Source: the human T2T-CHM13v2.0 reference genome, Homo sapiens
Strand: one strand, 5' to 3'
Assembly (NCBI RefSeq): GCF_009914755.1
Contig: NC_060938.1
DNA length: 64,000 bases
This document shows, piece after piece, positions 43,893 to 58,841 of this stretch; the stretch's first letter is position 1; every line of letters begins with the position of its first letter. The notes beneath the pieces were generated by a model. The model saw nothing but the letters and a program-made list of their open reading frames with translations, searched no databases and was not told where the DNA came from. The position numbers were made by a program, and so were the translations under genes.

Positions 43893-44139
43893 GAACATCT
43901 TAAGTCACATCAAATTAATTTTAATTTATTGGTTTTCTGGAGAGGGTATTTAATCTGAGAATTCGTTTGCTTTTACAGTAGTATAGAGTTAGAAGTTTAT
44001 CCCTAGCTTTAAGCTGGAATATTTTAAGAAACATTGTCATAAAAGCCCTTTAGTCAATGCTCAGGACCTATGAGAAATCAATCCATTAAAAGAGGATCAT
44101 ACATTACTAAAGTTTGAGAAACACTGAGATAGACAAAAA

Positions 44140-45700
44140 TAAAACAATTATTGAATAGCCCGTTCTTCACTTCACGAAACATTGTTCCCTTTGTACCTGA
44201 AAGAAAATTAAAATACTGCTTCTCCCCATTATCTACACCTCCCTCAGAGACCATCCTATAAGCCAAATAGCAAAACAGGCAGCAGACCCCTAGACAAAAG
44301 CACTGATTTTTAAGGCAGCAAAATGTTACTGAACTATCCACGTACTCCTAACCCCACCCTACCTCCACCCTCAGACACCATATTCCTACATGCAGGGAGT
44401 TTGAACTCCCAGAAAACATCCAGACATAAAAAAATGACTCATTGCTCTAAAGTAATTATATTTCCATTAAAAAAAAAAAACAAAAAAACTTCTGCAAGTG
44501 AATGAGGCAGGAAGTGTCCTGGTAACTGTGCAAAGGAAAGGCTGCAGTCTTTGCATAACCTGTTTCCTTGAAGTGTCAGAGAAATACACACCGAGATATG
44601 AAGCAATCATAGTTATGTACAACAGAGCTGCCCTAGATAAGCAGCTGATAGACAGTGAGAACTGAGCTATGTACATCAACTTACCTTCATGCTATAAATA
44701 TGAGGAAAGGCTTTGACTGACACCTAGATCCAAGGATCAGTGGTAGAAACTAAAAGAAAAACAACAACATGCCATCTATTTTTTTAACTTCAGAAAAAAA
44801 GTTATCTTAAAGATGGAAGGGAAGAACAGTCATCTGAAAACAATTTGCTACAGAAACCAAAATAACATTCTAGAAAACTTTTGACAATAACACGCAGGAC
44901 CTGAAAGTCACAAGGTCAGAATATGCTGAGATGAAGTGGAAAACAAATGACATTAAAGAAAAAAAAAATGAAAAAACTAAAATGAAAACGGACATATAAG
45001 ATAACTAACAAGGCAATAAGGATTTACTGTACATCAGAGTAGAATTTACACTGGAGAAAAATGCATTCATAATTTGAAATACAAAGTTGAAAAGTTATTT
45101 CGCAAGTCAAAGGACAGGAATAAATAGTTGGAAACAATGCAGGCACACTAGATATAGAGGAGGAAGAATAAAACTCCAAACTAAGAACTACAGATAGACT
45201 TGAAAAGGAAATCAAAACAGTTGGCACAGGTGCAATAAATCAAGGAAAAATCTATTTAGTTGAAATGTATACATATCTAAAGATCTCTTCATGCTCCAAA
45301 TAAAGTTAATAAATAGACACATCCTGGCAAATTTTTAACTTAAAGAAAACATCCAACAAGCATTTAGGCCAAGACACTAGTTAACTACAAATAAATATAC
45401 CATAATATATACAAATAAATAAATATGCACTGTTAGGTAATAGAGAAGTTGCTACAGCATGTTAAGAGAGGAAAACCCATTTTCTACTACTCAGTCAAGT
45501 TGCCATTCATGTGTGTAGAAAATAGACATTCTCAGAAATGTCAGGTCTCATAAAAGGTAACATTTAGGGATCTAAAATTACTTAAAGGCACAGTCCAGCC
45601 TGAAAAAAAGTGGATAACAATTAAAAGCACAAGAATGTAAACAGGGGGTTAAAAGAACTAGTACATGGTCTAATAAACTTCACATCTATAAAGGGAAATT
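44140..45700 (+). mobile_element. Highly decayed L1M ORF1-region remnant
   Basis: A-rich strand bias and weak ORF1-like motifs. Confidence 0.4.
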
Positions 45701-46999
45701 AGTTCTTTCATGCAGCTTCTGGTATGACAAGCTCCCAGTAGACAGACCCTTTATTCCCAAACATAGATTTCATCTCAGACCTTCGTCGACATCATGCTCT
45801 GCTGATAATAATGGTCCATGGCCCCTTATCCACAACATCAAAATCCAAGAAACTTTGAGAATAGAGAACTTTGAGATCAGAGAACTGACATGAGGCTATT
45901 TATAGTTTTTTTAATCTTCTGAATGTTAATATTCATCATTTTGCTGCATAAATATTAGCAAATTGGATTGCAGCTTATTGCCACATACTCTTCTGTGGCT
46001 ATCACATAACATGCAATATTTTCCTTTCTAAAATTAAAAAAAAAAAAACTCTTATAATTCTGGAGCACGTTCAAGGATTCCAAATAAGAGATCATGGAAC
46101 TCCAGTAGACAAACTCACTCAAATGGTTCACTTTCTTATAGCAACACTAGCCAGTTTATGCATCAATTATGTACACCACCTCTCACACCACTCTGGACAC
46201 TCAAGATAACTGATTTCTTTCTATGGTGTGCAAGGGACTCTCAATTTTAGAAGACATTCAGGGAGGAGGACTCTTACCTGACTCTCACCTGAATACCTAT
46301 ACTATCTGCCATGCTGAAAGCTGGAGGAACACTTCTTGGGCTCCTTGAAAAACGATGAAACATTCCATTCCCATGGCTCATTTCAAACAGTCTCCCTTCA
46401 TGCACATGTATCCCATATTTAACCAATTACTATTCTATCCAACCCACTGGAAGCCTGTCCTTGACCTTGGGCCTTAGACATCTGTCCCTAGCAAAATGGC
46501 AGGTCTAATATAAGAGGTTGTATATTCCTGACACAGCTGTGGGACACTCCAAGTATCTGAACAGTCAGAGTGACATTTACTGGAGGATGACACCCAAATT
46601 TTGAACACTATGGTATATTAATGTTTTCCTAAGCTTTGCTTCAAGGATGGAAAGGATCAGATTATGCTTCCCTCTGTTTCTCCAGCTCAAATTACAGGAA
46701 TTTACAAATGTAAATTCCCATTTGCCCTCTTGGAGGGCATTCTCTATTTGCCCTCTTGGAGATCCTTCTAGTCTCTAACTCCAGATCTGTTGGCTCTGAT
46801 TCACTTACTCTCTATCATGACTATTCACTTCAGATTCCCCTTTGGTTATTTATCCAATCTTTTTTCTGTATGCTTTGGATGTTTTAAAACTTCTCTTCAC
46901 CCAGAATACAAAATTTTGTTTGCCTGTGCTCAGTGCTTTGCAGCCATAGGTGAGCCCTATTGTATTTGCTAGAATTAAAACATGTAATCAAAAATAAAA

Positions 47000-47495
47000 T
47001 AAAATTATGATTAAATAAAGTAACCGTTTATCTATTTCAGCTAATGGAAGTCCAAAGATATCCCATCCAAGACTTAATGGCTTCCCTGTGGTGAAGAGGC
47101 AACCAAGCATCTTTGATCTTTATGTTCTACTATCAGAACATACGGTTTCCATGCTCAAGGTCATCTCACAGACAAAGATGGCTGCTAGAACAATAGATTT
47201 CATTTACATCTCCCAGGCAGCAGGAAGGAAAAGGAACAGAAAGGCAAAGAGGACACACTCCTCAGATGAAGGAGCTTCTAAAGACGTTCCAAAAGTATCA
47301 CTCAAAGCTTAATGCTTACTGTCATTGTCTCAATTCAGGAATGTGTATTCACCTAGCCATAAGGAAGGCTAGCTTGAATTTGGCCAGCTGCCCAATATAT
47401 ACACACACACATACAGGAACACACAGGGTTTTGTTTGTGGAAAAAAGAAGAAATTAGGCTGGGCAACTAGCAATCTACCAGCAGTTTCTGCCATA
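47000..47495 (-). mobile_element. MLT1J/K-like MaLR LTR
   Basis: caaagatggctgctag...gggcaactagcaatct antisense MLT1 motifs. Confidence 0.55.
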
Positions 47496-48598
47496 GTCAC
47501 CTACTATGATGCTTAGTCTCAGCATTAGGAGATCAGATGTTAATCAGCAATAATAAAACATGCACTCTCAATTCATTGCTCATCCAGATTCATACAAAGT
47601 AGTGAGAATGTCAAGGTTACTGAAGTCACAATTTTCTATTAATAAATAAAAGGCAAGAGATATGTTTCAATGGGTTGGAAAAAGCAGGCATGTGCTTTTT
47701 GAAATTTTAATGTGGAGTTTGTAGGTGAAAGCTCTATTGACAAGGTCCAGGAAAGATGAAAATGGTACTGGCCATAATCACTTCCTGTTTTACTCTCCAT
47801 CTTCTCCATTATAGAAATTCTAGCCATGTCAGTGATACCACAGACTTATCCCTTCCTTTCAACTTGGCAGCACAGGCCAGGGTTACTGACATGTTTGCCT
47901 TTTCCAACACAGTTAGCATCCTTGTATTTTCTACAGTGGGGCTCTCTCCAATGTCAGATGAGTTTTCCAGTTATGGTACCTCTTAAAAGTTTTAAGACAT
48001 TTATAAATAAATAAAAAACACTCAAGAAACCTCACAGAACATAATATCAGAATCCTCAAAATATTTTGTGGCAACTAGAAAAGAGGAGGATGAGGTCTGG
48101 GAAATCTCTTCGCCCAATTCATGTGATCAGGTTTTCTAATTATCCAGAAGAACCAATACATATCGGCAAGCAACTTAAAAACATGTTATTCTGAAATGCT
48201 ATGTGTATTTTTTTAAGTTTTTTATTCCATCATGTTTTATTCCAAAACCATAAATTAATTATATGCAGATTAAGAGGCAGACATAAAATCCACTATTAAA
48301 AATATTTCATTTATGTTATAAAAATAATTTAATCTATTTTCTGTCTCTATAGATTTGCCTACTCTGGACATTTCATATAAATGGAATTATACACTAGATG
48401 GTCTTCTGTGACTGGATTCTTTATTTAGCATAATGTTTTCAAGAATTGTATGGTATGTCCATTATATCTCAAAATGTTATTTTTAAAAATCAATGTTAAA
48501 AAGTAAAATAATAATATAACATAAATTGATTTAAAAGAAACTCAAATATAACAAATTTAAGATGACTGGAAGTAAAATTTGAATAAAACTTTAGGGGA

Positions 48599-48889
<291 letters not shown>

Positions 48890-48890
<1 letters not shown>

Positions 48891-50390
48891 CAAGAAATAC
48901 AATAGAAATAATTATTAATTCAGATAATATAAACTTAATGCAAAAAGTATCAAATGTAATAAGAAAGATTTTATTAAAGGTACAACTGTCAGGTTGGTGC
49001 AAGAGAAATTGAGGTTTTGCTATTACTTTTAATGGTAAACGCCATGATTACTTTTGCACCAGCCCAATGCAATAAAGAAATAAAAGACATAAATTGTTAA
49101 CAAGCACTAGAACTCAAAATAAACACAATGGTGAGAGAGAATTATACAACTCTCCCAATCTCTAACAGAACAAGTTAGAAAAATATGTATTAAAATGCAA
49201 TGAATAAGACTGATTTCATAGATAAACATCAAATTTTCAGTCCTTTTTAGAGGATATATTTGCTTTAAAAAGTGAAACAATTACAAAAATGATCATATTT
49301 TAAGTCAAAAAGACAAATTCAACAAATTCTAAAAAGCAGAAACTGAACTAGTTAAATTTTCTGAACATAAAACAATAAAGCTATAAATTAATAGTAAAGG
49401 TTTAAACAAAAATCATTTAGGAAAAAAATGTAACTTCTTCTGGATAAACATTGTAGTGAAAAGAAATCCAAACCACAATATCAGATTATTCAGAAAACAA
49501 AGACAATGAGAACACTGTTCTATCAAACCTAAGGTATGTGACAAAACTTATACTAAGAAGCAAATGTAACCTTAAATGTTTTGACCTGATTATTAAAAAG
49601 GAAGGATAAAAATAAATAAATAAAGTGTACAAATAGAACTCGAAATAAATAAGAAAAACAGAGAAAATGAAATAATAAAATAAACATAGAAAATTAAAAG
49701 AGAGAGAAATAAACTGGAAAACTGAAAACAGTGTTGATACACAAATATAAGATCTTGTAGTTCAATATGGATAATAAAATATATTTATCCCTGGTAAATC
49801 CATTCAAGAAAAAAAAATATATAAAACAAGTTATGAGACTAGAGAGCCAACCAATACAGAAAAAAAAAACTTAAAAACCTAAGAGAATAGTATATAATAC
49901 CATAAGATGTTTGAAATATATGATGAATTAATAAAAAAGAATAAGAATTTCTCAACATAATATCTACCCAAAAAAATCAATAATATGCTTAATGGTGTGA
50001 AATGCTAGAAGCAGTCCCATCATAATAATGAATAAAATAAGAAAGTATGCTTTCTCCTTTACTATCAAACACTGTTCTAAACACTGGCCAGTGAAATAAA
50101 GCATGAAATAGAAATGAAGTAAAATTATTAAAAAGCAAGAAACTAAATTATCATTACTTGCAACTGATATTATCATATAGCTAGGGAGAAATGCAAGAGA
50201 ATCAACTATAAATTTTATAAAATTAGTGGAAGAGTTCAATAATGGCCAAATAAGTATTAATGGCCAGATAAAATACATATGCAAATATTAACAGCATTTC
50301 TACATAAACGGCTACAATTGATAATGAGAAAAAAGTTTCCACTCATAATAGCAAAAAAAAACTTTAATACCTGGAAATGACAATAATAGA
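48890..50390 (+). mobile_element. Ancient L1M ORF2 remnant
   Basis: ttttctgaacataa, ttgcaactgatattatcatatagctag (decayed RT) motifs. Confidence 0.6.
48989..49068. mobile_element. MADE1, full length
   Basis: aggttggtgcaagag...attacttttgcaccagcccaa, ~80-bp palindrome. Confidence 0.85.
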
Positions 50391-50571
50391 GTCAGCCACT
50401 ACAGATAACATTTACCGAACTTCAAAACAGAGAAGTAATGGCCAAAGAAACAGAATTTGGGAAAGTTTGTTTTTAGGAATTTTTTTTTTTCCAAAAATCA
50501 TGGGCAGTCATATACGCCAATGAAGAGGATCTCCTTGAAAATGAAATGTTAAGTACTTGAAAGAGAAAGGC

Positions 50572-51200
<629 letters not shown>

Positions 51201-51799
51201 AATTCTTCAATACATGCTGCTAGTTTAGATTTGGTAAAAAATAAAATTTATGTTATTATCATTTTATTTGCATAATTATGCAGGGAGGAGAATGGATAGG
51301 AAATTTTGTTTTGATATCTTTCCCTTTTCCACCTCTCTAGGATTGTTTCCACATAGTGTTTTCTCTTGAATATCAAAGATAGTCACGGTGGATTGTGATT
51401 TATCCAGTTAACCCCACCAGACAACATCAGCTATGCAAACGTGAATATGGATCACACCAAATCACTTCTGTCTTGGCCCGGTACATATGTGTGGAATCAA
51501 GATTTTGTGGAGATAAAAAAAATATTATCAGCTCCTTTTCTCTCTTTTGTTCTTCTGTTTACTCTTTTAAGTAGTAGCCTTTTTTATAATTTCTTGATGA
51601 GAAGGTCACACTTCAAGATATCATGCTACAAAAAAATGTCTAAAGGTGATATCTTTCTTTAATGTATTAAATTAACAAGTATGAACTTTACATTATTTTA
51701 GAAGATGATGCTAATTTAGGCACAGCTCAAGTCCCACTTGGGAAAATATACATTGATTCTTCCCATATGTACCATGAAACTATTCAAACATAGAAGATA

Positions 51800-52133
51800 C
51801 CACAGGTCAAGTCCCCAGGAAGAATACTCTGAGAAGGTGGCTTGTGTGCAGGAGGTTTATTAAGATGTGCTCTCAGGATCAATGCTTGTAGGGGAATGAA
51901 GAAAGAAGGATTGAGCACAGGAGCAAAATGAATGAACATTGTATCAATATCAAGAAAGGCCTCAGCTAATCCCATAAAATGCTGCTTCAATGTTGTCCTG
52001 TGTTGGAGAGAAACAGGGACTCAGCCAAGTGCTGTCAGCTGCCAACATTCCCAGCAGTTGGGGAAATAAGTACTTTAGTCCTAAAGTACTCATTTAGTCC
52101 TAAAGTACTGGACAGTATACTGCAGCATCTACT
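51800..52133 (-). mobile_element. LTR16-family LTR
   Basis: gtgcaggaggtttatt...ctcaggatcaa...cagcatctacta. Confidence 0.6.
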
Positions 52134-52318
52134 AATCCATTACATAAACGTGTTAGGAAACAAAGATTTTTTTTTAATCGAAAGCTTCTAACCAAGAGGC
52201 ATGTCATAGACCTTACTGGGTTGGGAATCAAAGGAACTATATGCTATCTTGTCTCATCCACTAAAAAAAATTTAAAAAATTAAAAAAAAAATTTAAAAAA
52301 AAGTGGCTTTTGGAAAGC

Positions 52319-52375
52319 ACTTTTCCTCTCTGTCTTCATCTATAATACTTTTCCTCTCTGTCTTCATCTATAATA
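52319..52375. repeat. Perfect 28-bp tandem duplication within a MIR-like remnant
   Basis: acttttcctctctgtcttcatctataat x2. Confidence 0.95.
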
Positions 52376-54457
52376 TCAGGTTTGACAAGAGAATCACCTA
52401 TGGTCTCTTCTACTTTGACAATCCTAATTTTGGTGCCTTCATTTTTGACAAAATCAAGAGGAGGAAAAGATTTTAAATGTAGTCATGACTCTTAAAAAAA
52501 GTTTCATTTCACTAAGATTTAAAAGTCTTAGATCCTCTTATTTCCCAGTTAAATTAAATCCCAAAACTCCAAAGTCATTTTCAAGTCCCCTTGATAACAT
52601 TAGTATGTGAAACTTTTAACAAAATCTAAGAGTAATATTTAAGCCCCAGAAGAGGAAGAATAAAGATGATTGATCACAGGCTCTACTGCTTAGGCTAGAA
52701 TCCCAGGATGTTGAATTCAAACTAGGAATTCAAAAGAACTTCTTTAATCCTAACTAACTCCATCATCACCAGTTTTTCCAAAGAAACAGAATTGCTAATG
52801 AACCCAAAATGAATTTCATTATCCCTGCAAAACCAAGTGTGCTACATTTCTTCTACTGGGAAGAAGCAGAATAGCCACACTGCCTCCTTTATTGTCTTCC
52901 TCTGTCCTTCTTTGAAAAGGCCAGTGGCACATCTGGGGTCTCCATTACTCAGAACAGCCAACTGACAGACATAAAAAGATCATCTACCCTTCCAAACATA
53001 TGAAAGTCAGTCGTCTTTATTTGGGCACTTTAATATAATTGCCTGGGAGAGGTGAAAAGAAAACTAAAATGACTACATTGGATTTACTCTCTCACTGTAT
53101 TAGGACTTGTGTAGCATCTTTGTCCCTTATAGGAACAAAATGGAGAGAGCTAAAAATAGAGGACATTGATCTTTTCCTGGCACTAAGCTTCATGAAGAAT
53201 AGCTTTTTGCAAAAGAGCAGCTTTATTTCATCTATTTGAGTATTCCACATCATGCGTGCAACATAGCATTTTCTTTAATATGTTCCATTTCTAGCTCTGC
53301 CTTTTATTTTGTCAACAGCAACTTTAATATTAATGATTCATACCAAAAAGAGGAGACTGAAAATACATAGTTAGAAATAAAATGACTTCTCCTTTTGTCA
53401 TAAGCAGGAAGCTAGCTTCAACTGATGTTAAACTGTCACTGAACATGAAAAGAAAAAAATGTAAGCCATTGATTTTAACAGAACTTGTGCATTGTTTATA
53501 TTTGTGAAAGCCCATTTTTAGTTATTTGCAACAATTTTGTATTGTAACACACTGACATGTTTCCTGCTATTTTTGTCAGGCATATGTTTTCATTTTCTAC
53601 TGGAATGTTTCCATGTACTTGTATATAATTATACCTCAATTTCTATATAACTCTTCTAGAATATATAATGATAAGACTGCACTTTTATAGCAGGAAGGGA
53701 ATGCTAAGTTATTCAACAATAGCCATACTACTTGGTATATCCCAACAAGTTTCCAAAACTAAGAAAAGCCATATAAATAGTTCTCGAAGATTGATAAACC
53801 AACAAAAAACAACAATAAGTTATTTCTAATATCTAATTTCCACCAAACTGTGCAGCTAGTTTGCTTTTCTTTCAAGACATTAATCTGAGTCATGCCAAAA
53901 GCAAGGATACTGAAGGAGCCAGTTTCACGGACTGTAGATCGAAGGAGTCATTTGCGATATGCCACATACCACCTGGCTCCCCTACTCAATATCCCCAAGT
54001 GCTACCTTGAGGTCTGCATACTGCCATCATGTCCAAAGAAATGATTTTGGAACAAAATGGGCAGTGAACACATTACACAGAAATGCAGTATGTTGGTATA
54101 AAAATATGGGAGGAGCGGAACTGGCTGCTAATTGATTGGCAGGGCAGAAATGAGGTTTTTGCATTTCAGCTGAGAGAGTTCTACCAAAGTACCCAGAGCT
54201 AGAGACTCCTCGGTGAGGAAGGTGGTTGAGGGATGCCGCAGACTAGCCATAATGCCAGCTGGCTCGGCTATGCAAAGACTTGGAGTGCATCAAACTCTGC
54301 AACCTTGTGTATTAGAGAGGGGCTCAAAAGGTATGTTCTGTGGAAGCTAATAAACTTGGGAAATGCTACAAATTAGAAAAAAAAAAAAAAAAAGCCTGCA
54401 GCTGAACTGCACTTCCAGAGTCAACACTAAATTGAGAATGAGAATTAACATATGCCT

Positions 54458-54944
54458 ACCATTGTGGGTTGAATTGTGCCCCCTGAAGACATATGTTGAA
54501 GTCTTAACCTGGTACCTGTCGATGAGAACTTATCTGGAAGTAGGACTTTGCAGATGTAATCAAGTTTAGATAAGGTTATACTGGATGGGAGTGGACCCTA
54601 GTCCAATGACTGTTGTCCTTATAAAAGGGGAGGAAAGATACACACATGGACGGAGGGAAGATGATATGAAGACACACAGATAGAATGCCAGGTGATCGGA
54701 GTAATGAGTTTACAAAGTCAAGGAACACCAAAATCACCATCAATCACCAGAAGCTAGGAAAAGGCAAGGAAAGGCAAAGAAGAGGCAGGGGCTCCCTTGG
54801 AGTCCTCAGGGACAGAGAACATGGCCCTGCCAAAACTATGATTTTGGATTTCTGGCTTCCAAAACTAGAATAAAATAAATTTCTGTTGTTTTATGTCACA
54901 AGGTTTGTGGCAACTTGTTGTGGTAGCCCTAGTAAACAAATAAA
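54458..54944 (+). mobile_element. MLT1B/C solo LTR
   Basis: tgggttgaattgtgcccc...tttgcagatgtaatcaag...aataaatttctgttg. Confidence 0.85.
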
Positions 54945-54949
54945 CCTGC

Positions 54950-55690
54950 CATGAGAATAGGAACAGGGGAGGAGATGACACTGTGTTGAGGGAATTAGAG
55001 AAAGCATCATGAAGCAAGCAACACTGAATCTGTACCTTAACAAGTGAATAAGGTTCAATAAGTTGAGATAATGGAGTAAGAGGGGAAGGACAACCCAGTA
55101 GACAAATACTGAACAAAGAAAGAGGAGCAGTGGGAAAAGACAAGGCATGTTTGAGAAACTCCAGGAAGTTCAATTTTAGCATGTCATAAGGTGTACATGG
55201 AACAGAGGGAGGTAAGACTAGAAAGTGAGATGAGACCATGTTGTGCAGAGCCAGCCTAAGGAGCTCAGATTTAACCCATAACTAATAAAAAACTATTGAA
55301 CTTTTTTGGCAGAAATGTAATTTGATCAGAGCAAAGTTCAAGAATATTAATTTAGCAGCATATGTAGAGTGACTTGATAAAAGGAGAGAAAATTTTGAGT
55401 AAAGGAGAGAAAAAAAAGTGAATACCAGTTAGGGAATTACTGTAGTAGTCCAAGCAATAAAAATAACTAAATGCAATATAAAGTAGGCTAGAGAGAACAA
55501 GAAAGAAGCAAAAGAGACAGAAGTACAAACTTGGTAGAGATAGAATTGATAGTTCCTTGCATTTGATTTCATGTAGGGATGTAAAGTGTAAGCGAAAAAT
55601 AAAAACTTTGGTGACTAAGATGAGAAGCAACATTACCAGAGATAGTTAAGTCAGAAGAGAGGTGGGCTGAGGGAAAAATGAGTTTGGGAA
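54950..55690 (-). mobile_element. L2 fragment
   Basis: Purine-rich antisense L2 motifs. Confidence 0.55.
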
Positions 55691-56499
55691 GCTGGTTTAT
55701 GCCAGGTTAAACTGAGTTCTTTCCTGCTACACAAAGATGCTGCATTCTTGTTTGAGAATGCTCAGAGCAAGTTTATATCTCAGCCTGAGCTGTGTAGCAC
55801 TGACCTGAGGGTTGGCGAAAGCAAGGGAGAAAATGGGAAAAGGAAAATGGACCAGAAAAATATTTGACAACATCTCAGTAGGGCACAGGTATGGATCCCG
55901 AGATAGTTGGAAAGCAGCCATGATGAGAGATTGAACAAGTCCTGGTCTTAATTGTCCCACATGATGACTCCTCCAAAGCACTGAGCATAGCTCATCTGTT
56001 GCTGGGTCGATCTTGGAAAGGGTAGAGATGCAAAGAATGGAAAATAGACCAAAGACCTACAGGGGGCCAATAGGTTAGTGCTCTTTCTAGTTCAAAAGGG
56101 AAAAGAAAACTTGCAAAAATCCCCAAATGCACATATTTTATTAAGCACTGGTTTACTGTATAAGAAGAAGCATTCTAAATGCAATAAATACTTTTTAAAA
56201 GGGAATTTTAAAATGTCTAGGTCAAAGTTAATTAATATGTATTAAGGGCACTAAAGCATCTAGTTAAAGTTGTTAAAAGTATGCACTGGAAAACTATATT
56301 AACCACATCTGAAAATTCTCCTTTTTCAAAACAAAAAAAATAGAAAATTCTCATTTATTAAATTAATGTAGATGCAGAAGTTACTGGTCTTCAGAAGAAT
56401 GTGTTACAGATCATGTTACAGGAAAGGTGTGCCCCCCCCACCCCACCCCCCTGCTTCATTTAATAGCATCTACTGTTTGGCACTAGAGTAAGCAGAAAA

Positions 56500-57510
56500 A
56501 AAAAAAAAAAGGTGGCCCCTACCTGTATGAAAATTATAGACAAAAAAATAAGGAAACCAACAAATAAATAGATGAAACAAACAAAAACAAGGATGCTATA
56601 ATAGAAAATGGTAAGAGGGGACATCTGCTTTAAGTAGAGTGGTCTCAAAAGCCCTCTCGGAGGAACTGATGTATAAGCAGAGATCTTAGAATGAGAAAGA
56701 GCCTGCCTGTAGTAGAACTGGGGTAGGGGCTGGCAGGAGGAAGTGCTTCTGCCAAACGAATGGCAAGAAGGCCTTATTTAGGTGAGCCCTCAGCACGTTC
56801 AAGGAACTGAAGAAAAAGACCATTCCAGCAGGGGCGACATGAGAGGCATGAGATGAAGCTGAAAAACACAGCAGGAGCAAGACTGAGCAGCGCCAGACAG
56901 CACATCATAGAATTTGGAACTGTTCCAAATATCGTTTTCCCATCCTCCTCAGAAGCTGAAGAAGAAATTTAAACTGTGAACACGATCCAGCTTACTTGCT
57001 TAGAAGTATATCTTTTCGCTGTATAGAGCATCAATAGTACAAAGCTTAGCAAACTCTAGATACTTGGTAAATGGCAAGAACAGAAGATAGGAGACTCCAT
57101 AATCCAGGTTGGGGAGAAGACATGGGAAGAAGTGGATGTAATCAAGAGATATTTGAAGTGCAGCTGAGAGGAATTAGGGATTGGTTGGAAGAGAGAGGTG
57201 ATGGAGAAGGAGAGATCAAGAATGCTTCTCCCTGTGGTTACCTGGACAACTGACTAAATGATGTGCCATTACCTGATGGAGAAGACAGGAGCAAGTTTAG
57301 GGAGGAAATCAAGAGTTCCTTTCTGAGCATGTCAAGTTTAAGACTGCAAGACTGTCATTGAGACTCTCGCATATATGAGGATAGAGGTTGGAAAAGAGAT
57401 TTGGGCTGGGCATGTATATTTAAGAAGACAGGAGACCACTGAGAGGACATGTAGAGAGAGAAGAGAAATTCTTACATGTACAAGTGAGGTGAAGGAAGAG
57501 GAACCTGCCA
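56500..57510 (-). mobile_element. L2 fragment
   Basis: ggaaatcaagagttc...gcatgtcaagttt...atttgggctgg. Confidence 0.6.
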
Positions 57511-57914
57511 AAAGTCATTATCATCATCAGCACACAGGTCAACACATGCCCTTTTTGAGCAAGGTCTGTTCCCACCCCCCTAGAGTTAAGTATTGTCTTG
57601 ACTGGTAGAATAATCATTTCCTTACTCTTCTTTATAGTTTTACCACCTGAAATTCTAACTTAAGGATACGTGCAGTTTGCCTGCTTCTGGCATCAAGGTC
57701 AGGCTATCCACATAACGTGCGTTGGAGAGCAAATGCTCTTTTTCTGTTCTCTGGTTTGTATAAGATTGGAATTGTTTCCTCCTTAAAATGTTCAACTGAC
57801 ATCTCAGGTAAAGTCTTATGGGCCTGAAGATTTCATAGTTGGACAGTTTTTAATTACTGATTCAGTTGCTTTAATAGTTGCAGAGATATTCAGGTTGATC
57901 TCAATTATTGATGC

Positions 57915-58266
57915 TGATATGGCTTGACTCTGTGTCCCCACGCAAATTTCATCTTGAATTGTACTCCCATAATTCCCATGTGTTGTGGGAGGGACCAGGC
58001 GGGAGATAATTGAATCACGGCGGCAGTTTCCCCCATACTGTTCTCGTGATAGTAAATAAATCTCAAGAGACCTGATGGTTTATAAGGGGTTTCCACTTTT
58101 GCTTCTTCCTCATTCTCTCTTGCCACCACCATGTAAGACGTGCCTTTCACCTTCTGCCATTATTGTGAGGCCTCCCCAGCCAAGTGGAACTGTGAGTCCA
58201 TTAAAACTATTTTTCTTCCCAGTTTCAGGTATGTCTTTATCAGCAGCATAAAAATGGACTAATACA
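57915..58266 (+). mobile_element. THE1B/C solo LTR
   Basis: tgatatgg...ctaataca; perfect 5-bp TSD gatgc. Confidence 0.92.
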
Positions 58267-58827
58267 GATGCTAAGGCAAAAAAAATGTCAAGTACTGACC
58301 AAAGTGAACACAACTTTTATAAACTTGACACACTTTTTTTTTTCATTTTGGAGGCAGTTGAGGGAAGGGTGAATTGCATTAAGTTGCTATTATTATTAAA
58401 TTTGCATTTTCAGAATACATATTGAATTACTCAAAAAAGGCCCTGGATCATTGACCAAAAAAAAAAGATTAAATTTTTACCACAGATAATAAACTGGACT
58501 GTTCAGTGTCTGCTTGGATTTGCTCGGCCAAGATTTTTGTTCAGTGTTACCACTGACTCTGTTAAGATCATCTTGCATTGATTGCATTGTTGAAAGCTCC
58601 TAAGAGGAAGTTTTTCTTTTCAGTTAAAGAAGATTCATTGCTGCATTTGTTGTGGGGCTATCTTCTGTGGGACTCCGCCTGCTTGGCTGGCTTGGCTGCA
58701 GGGGTGGCTGCCCCAGGTCCTACCTATTGCTTGCAGACACAACCTGAGAACACATCTCCTCTTGCCTACCGCAGTCAGCTTCCCTGTTGCCTCTGAGGCA
58801 TGAGACACTGGAGGATCCCCTCAGGAT

Positions 58828-58841
<14 letters not shown>

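Noticed and set aside
39872-44097. aaagaggat at 39872 and 44089 as the retrocopy TSD
   Set aside because: Only 9 bp and ~200 bp beyond the poly(A); consistent with chance.
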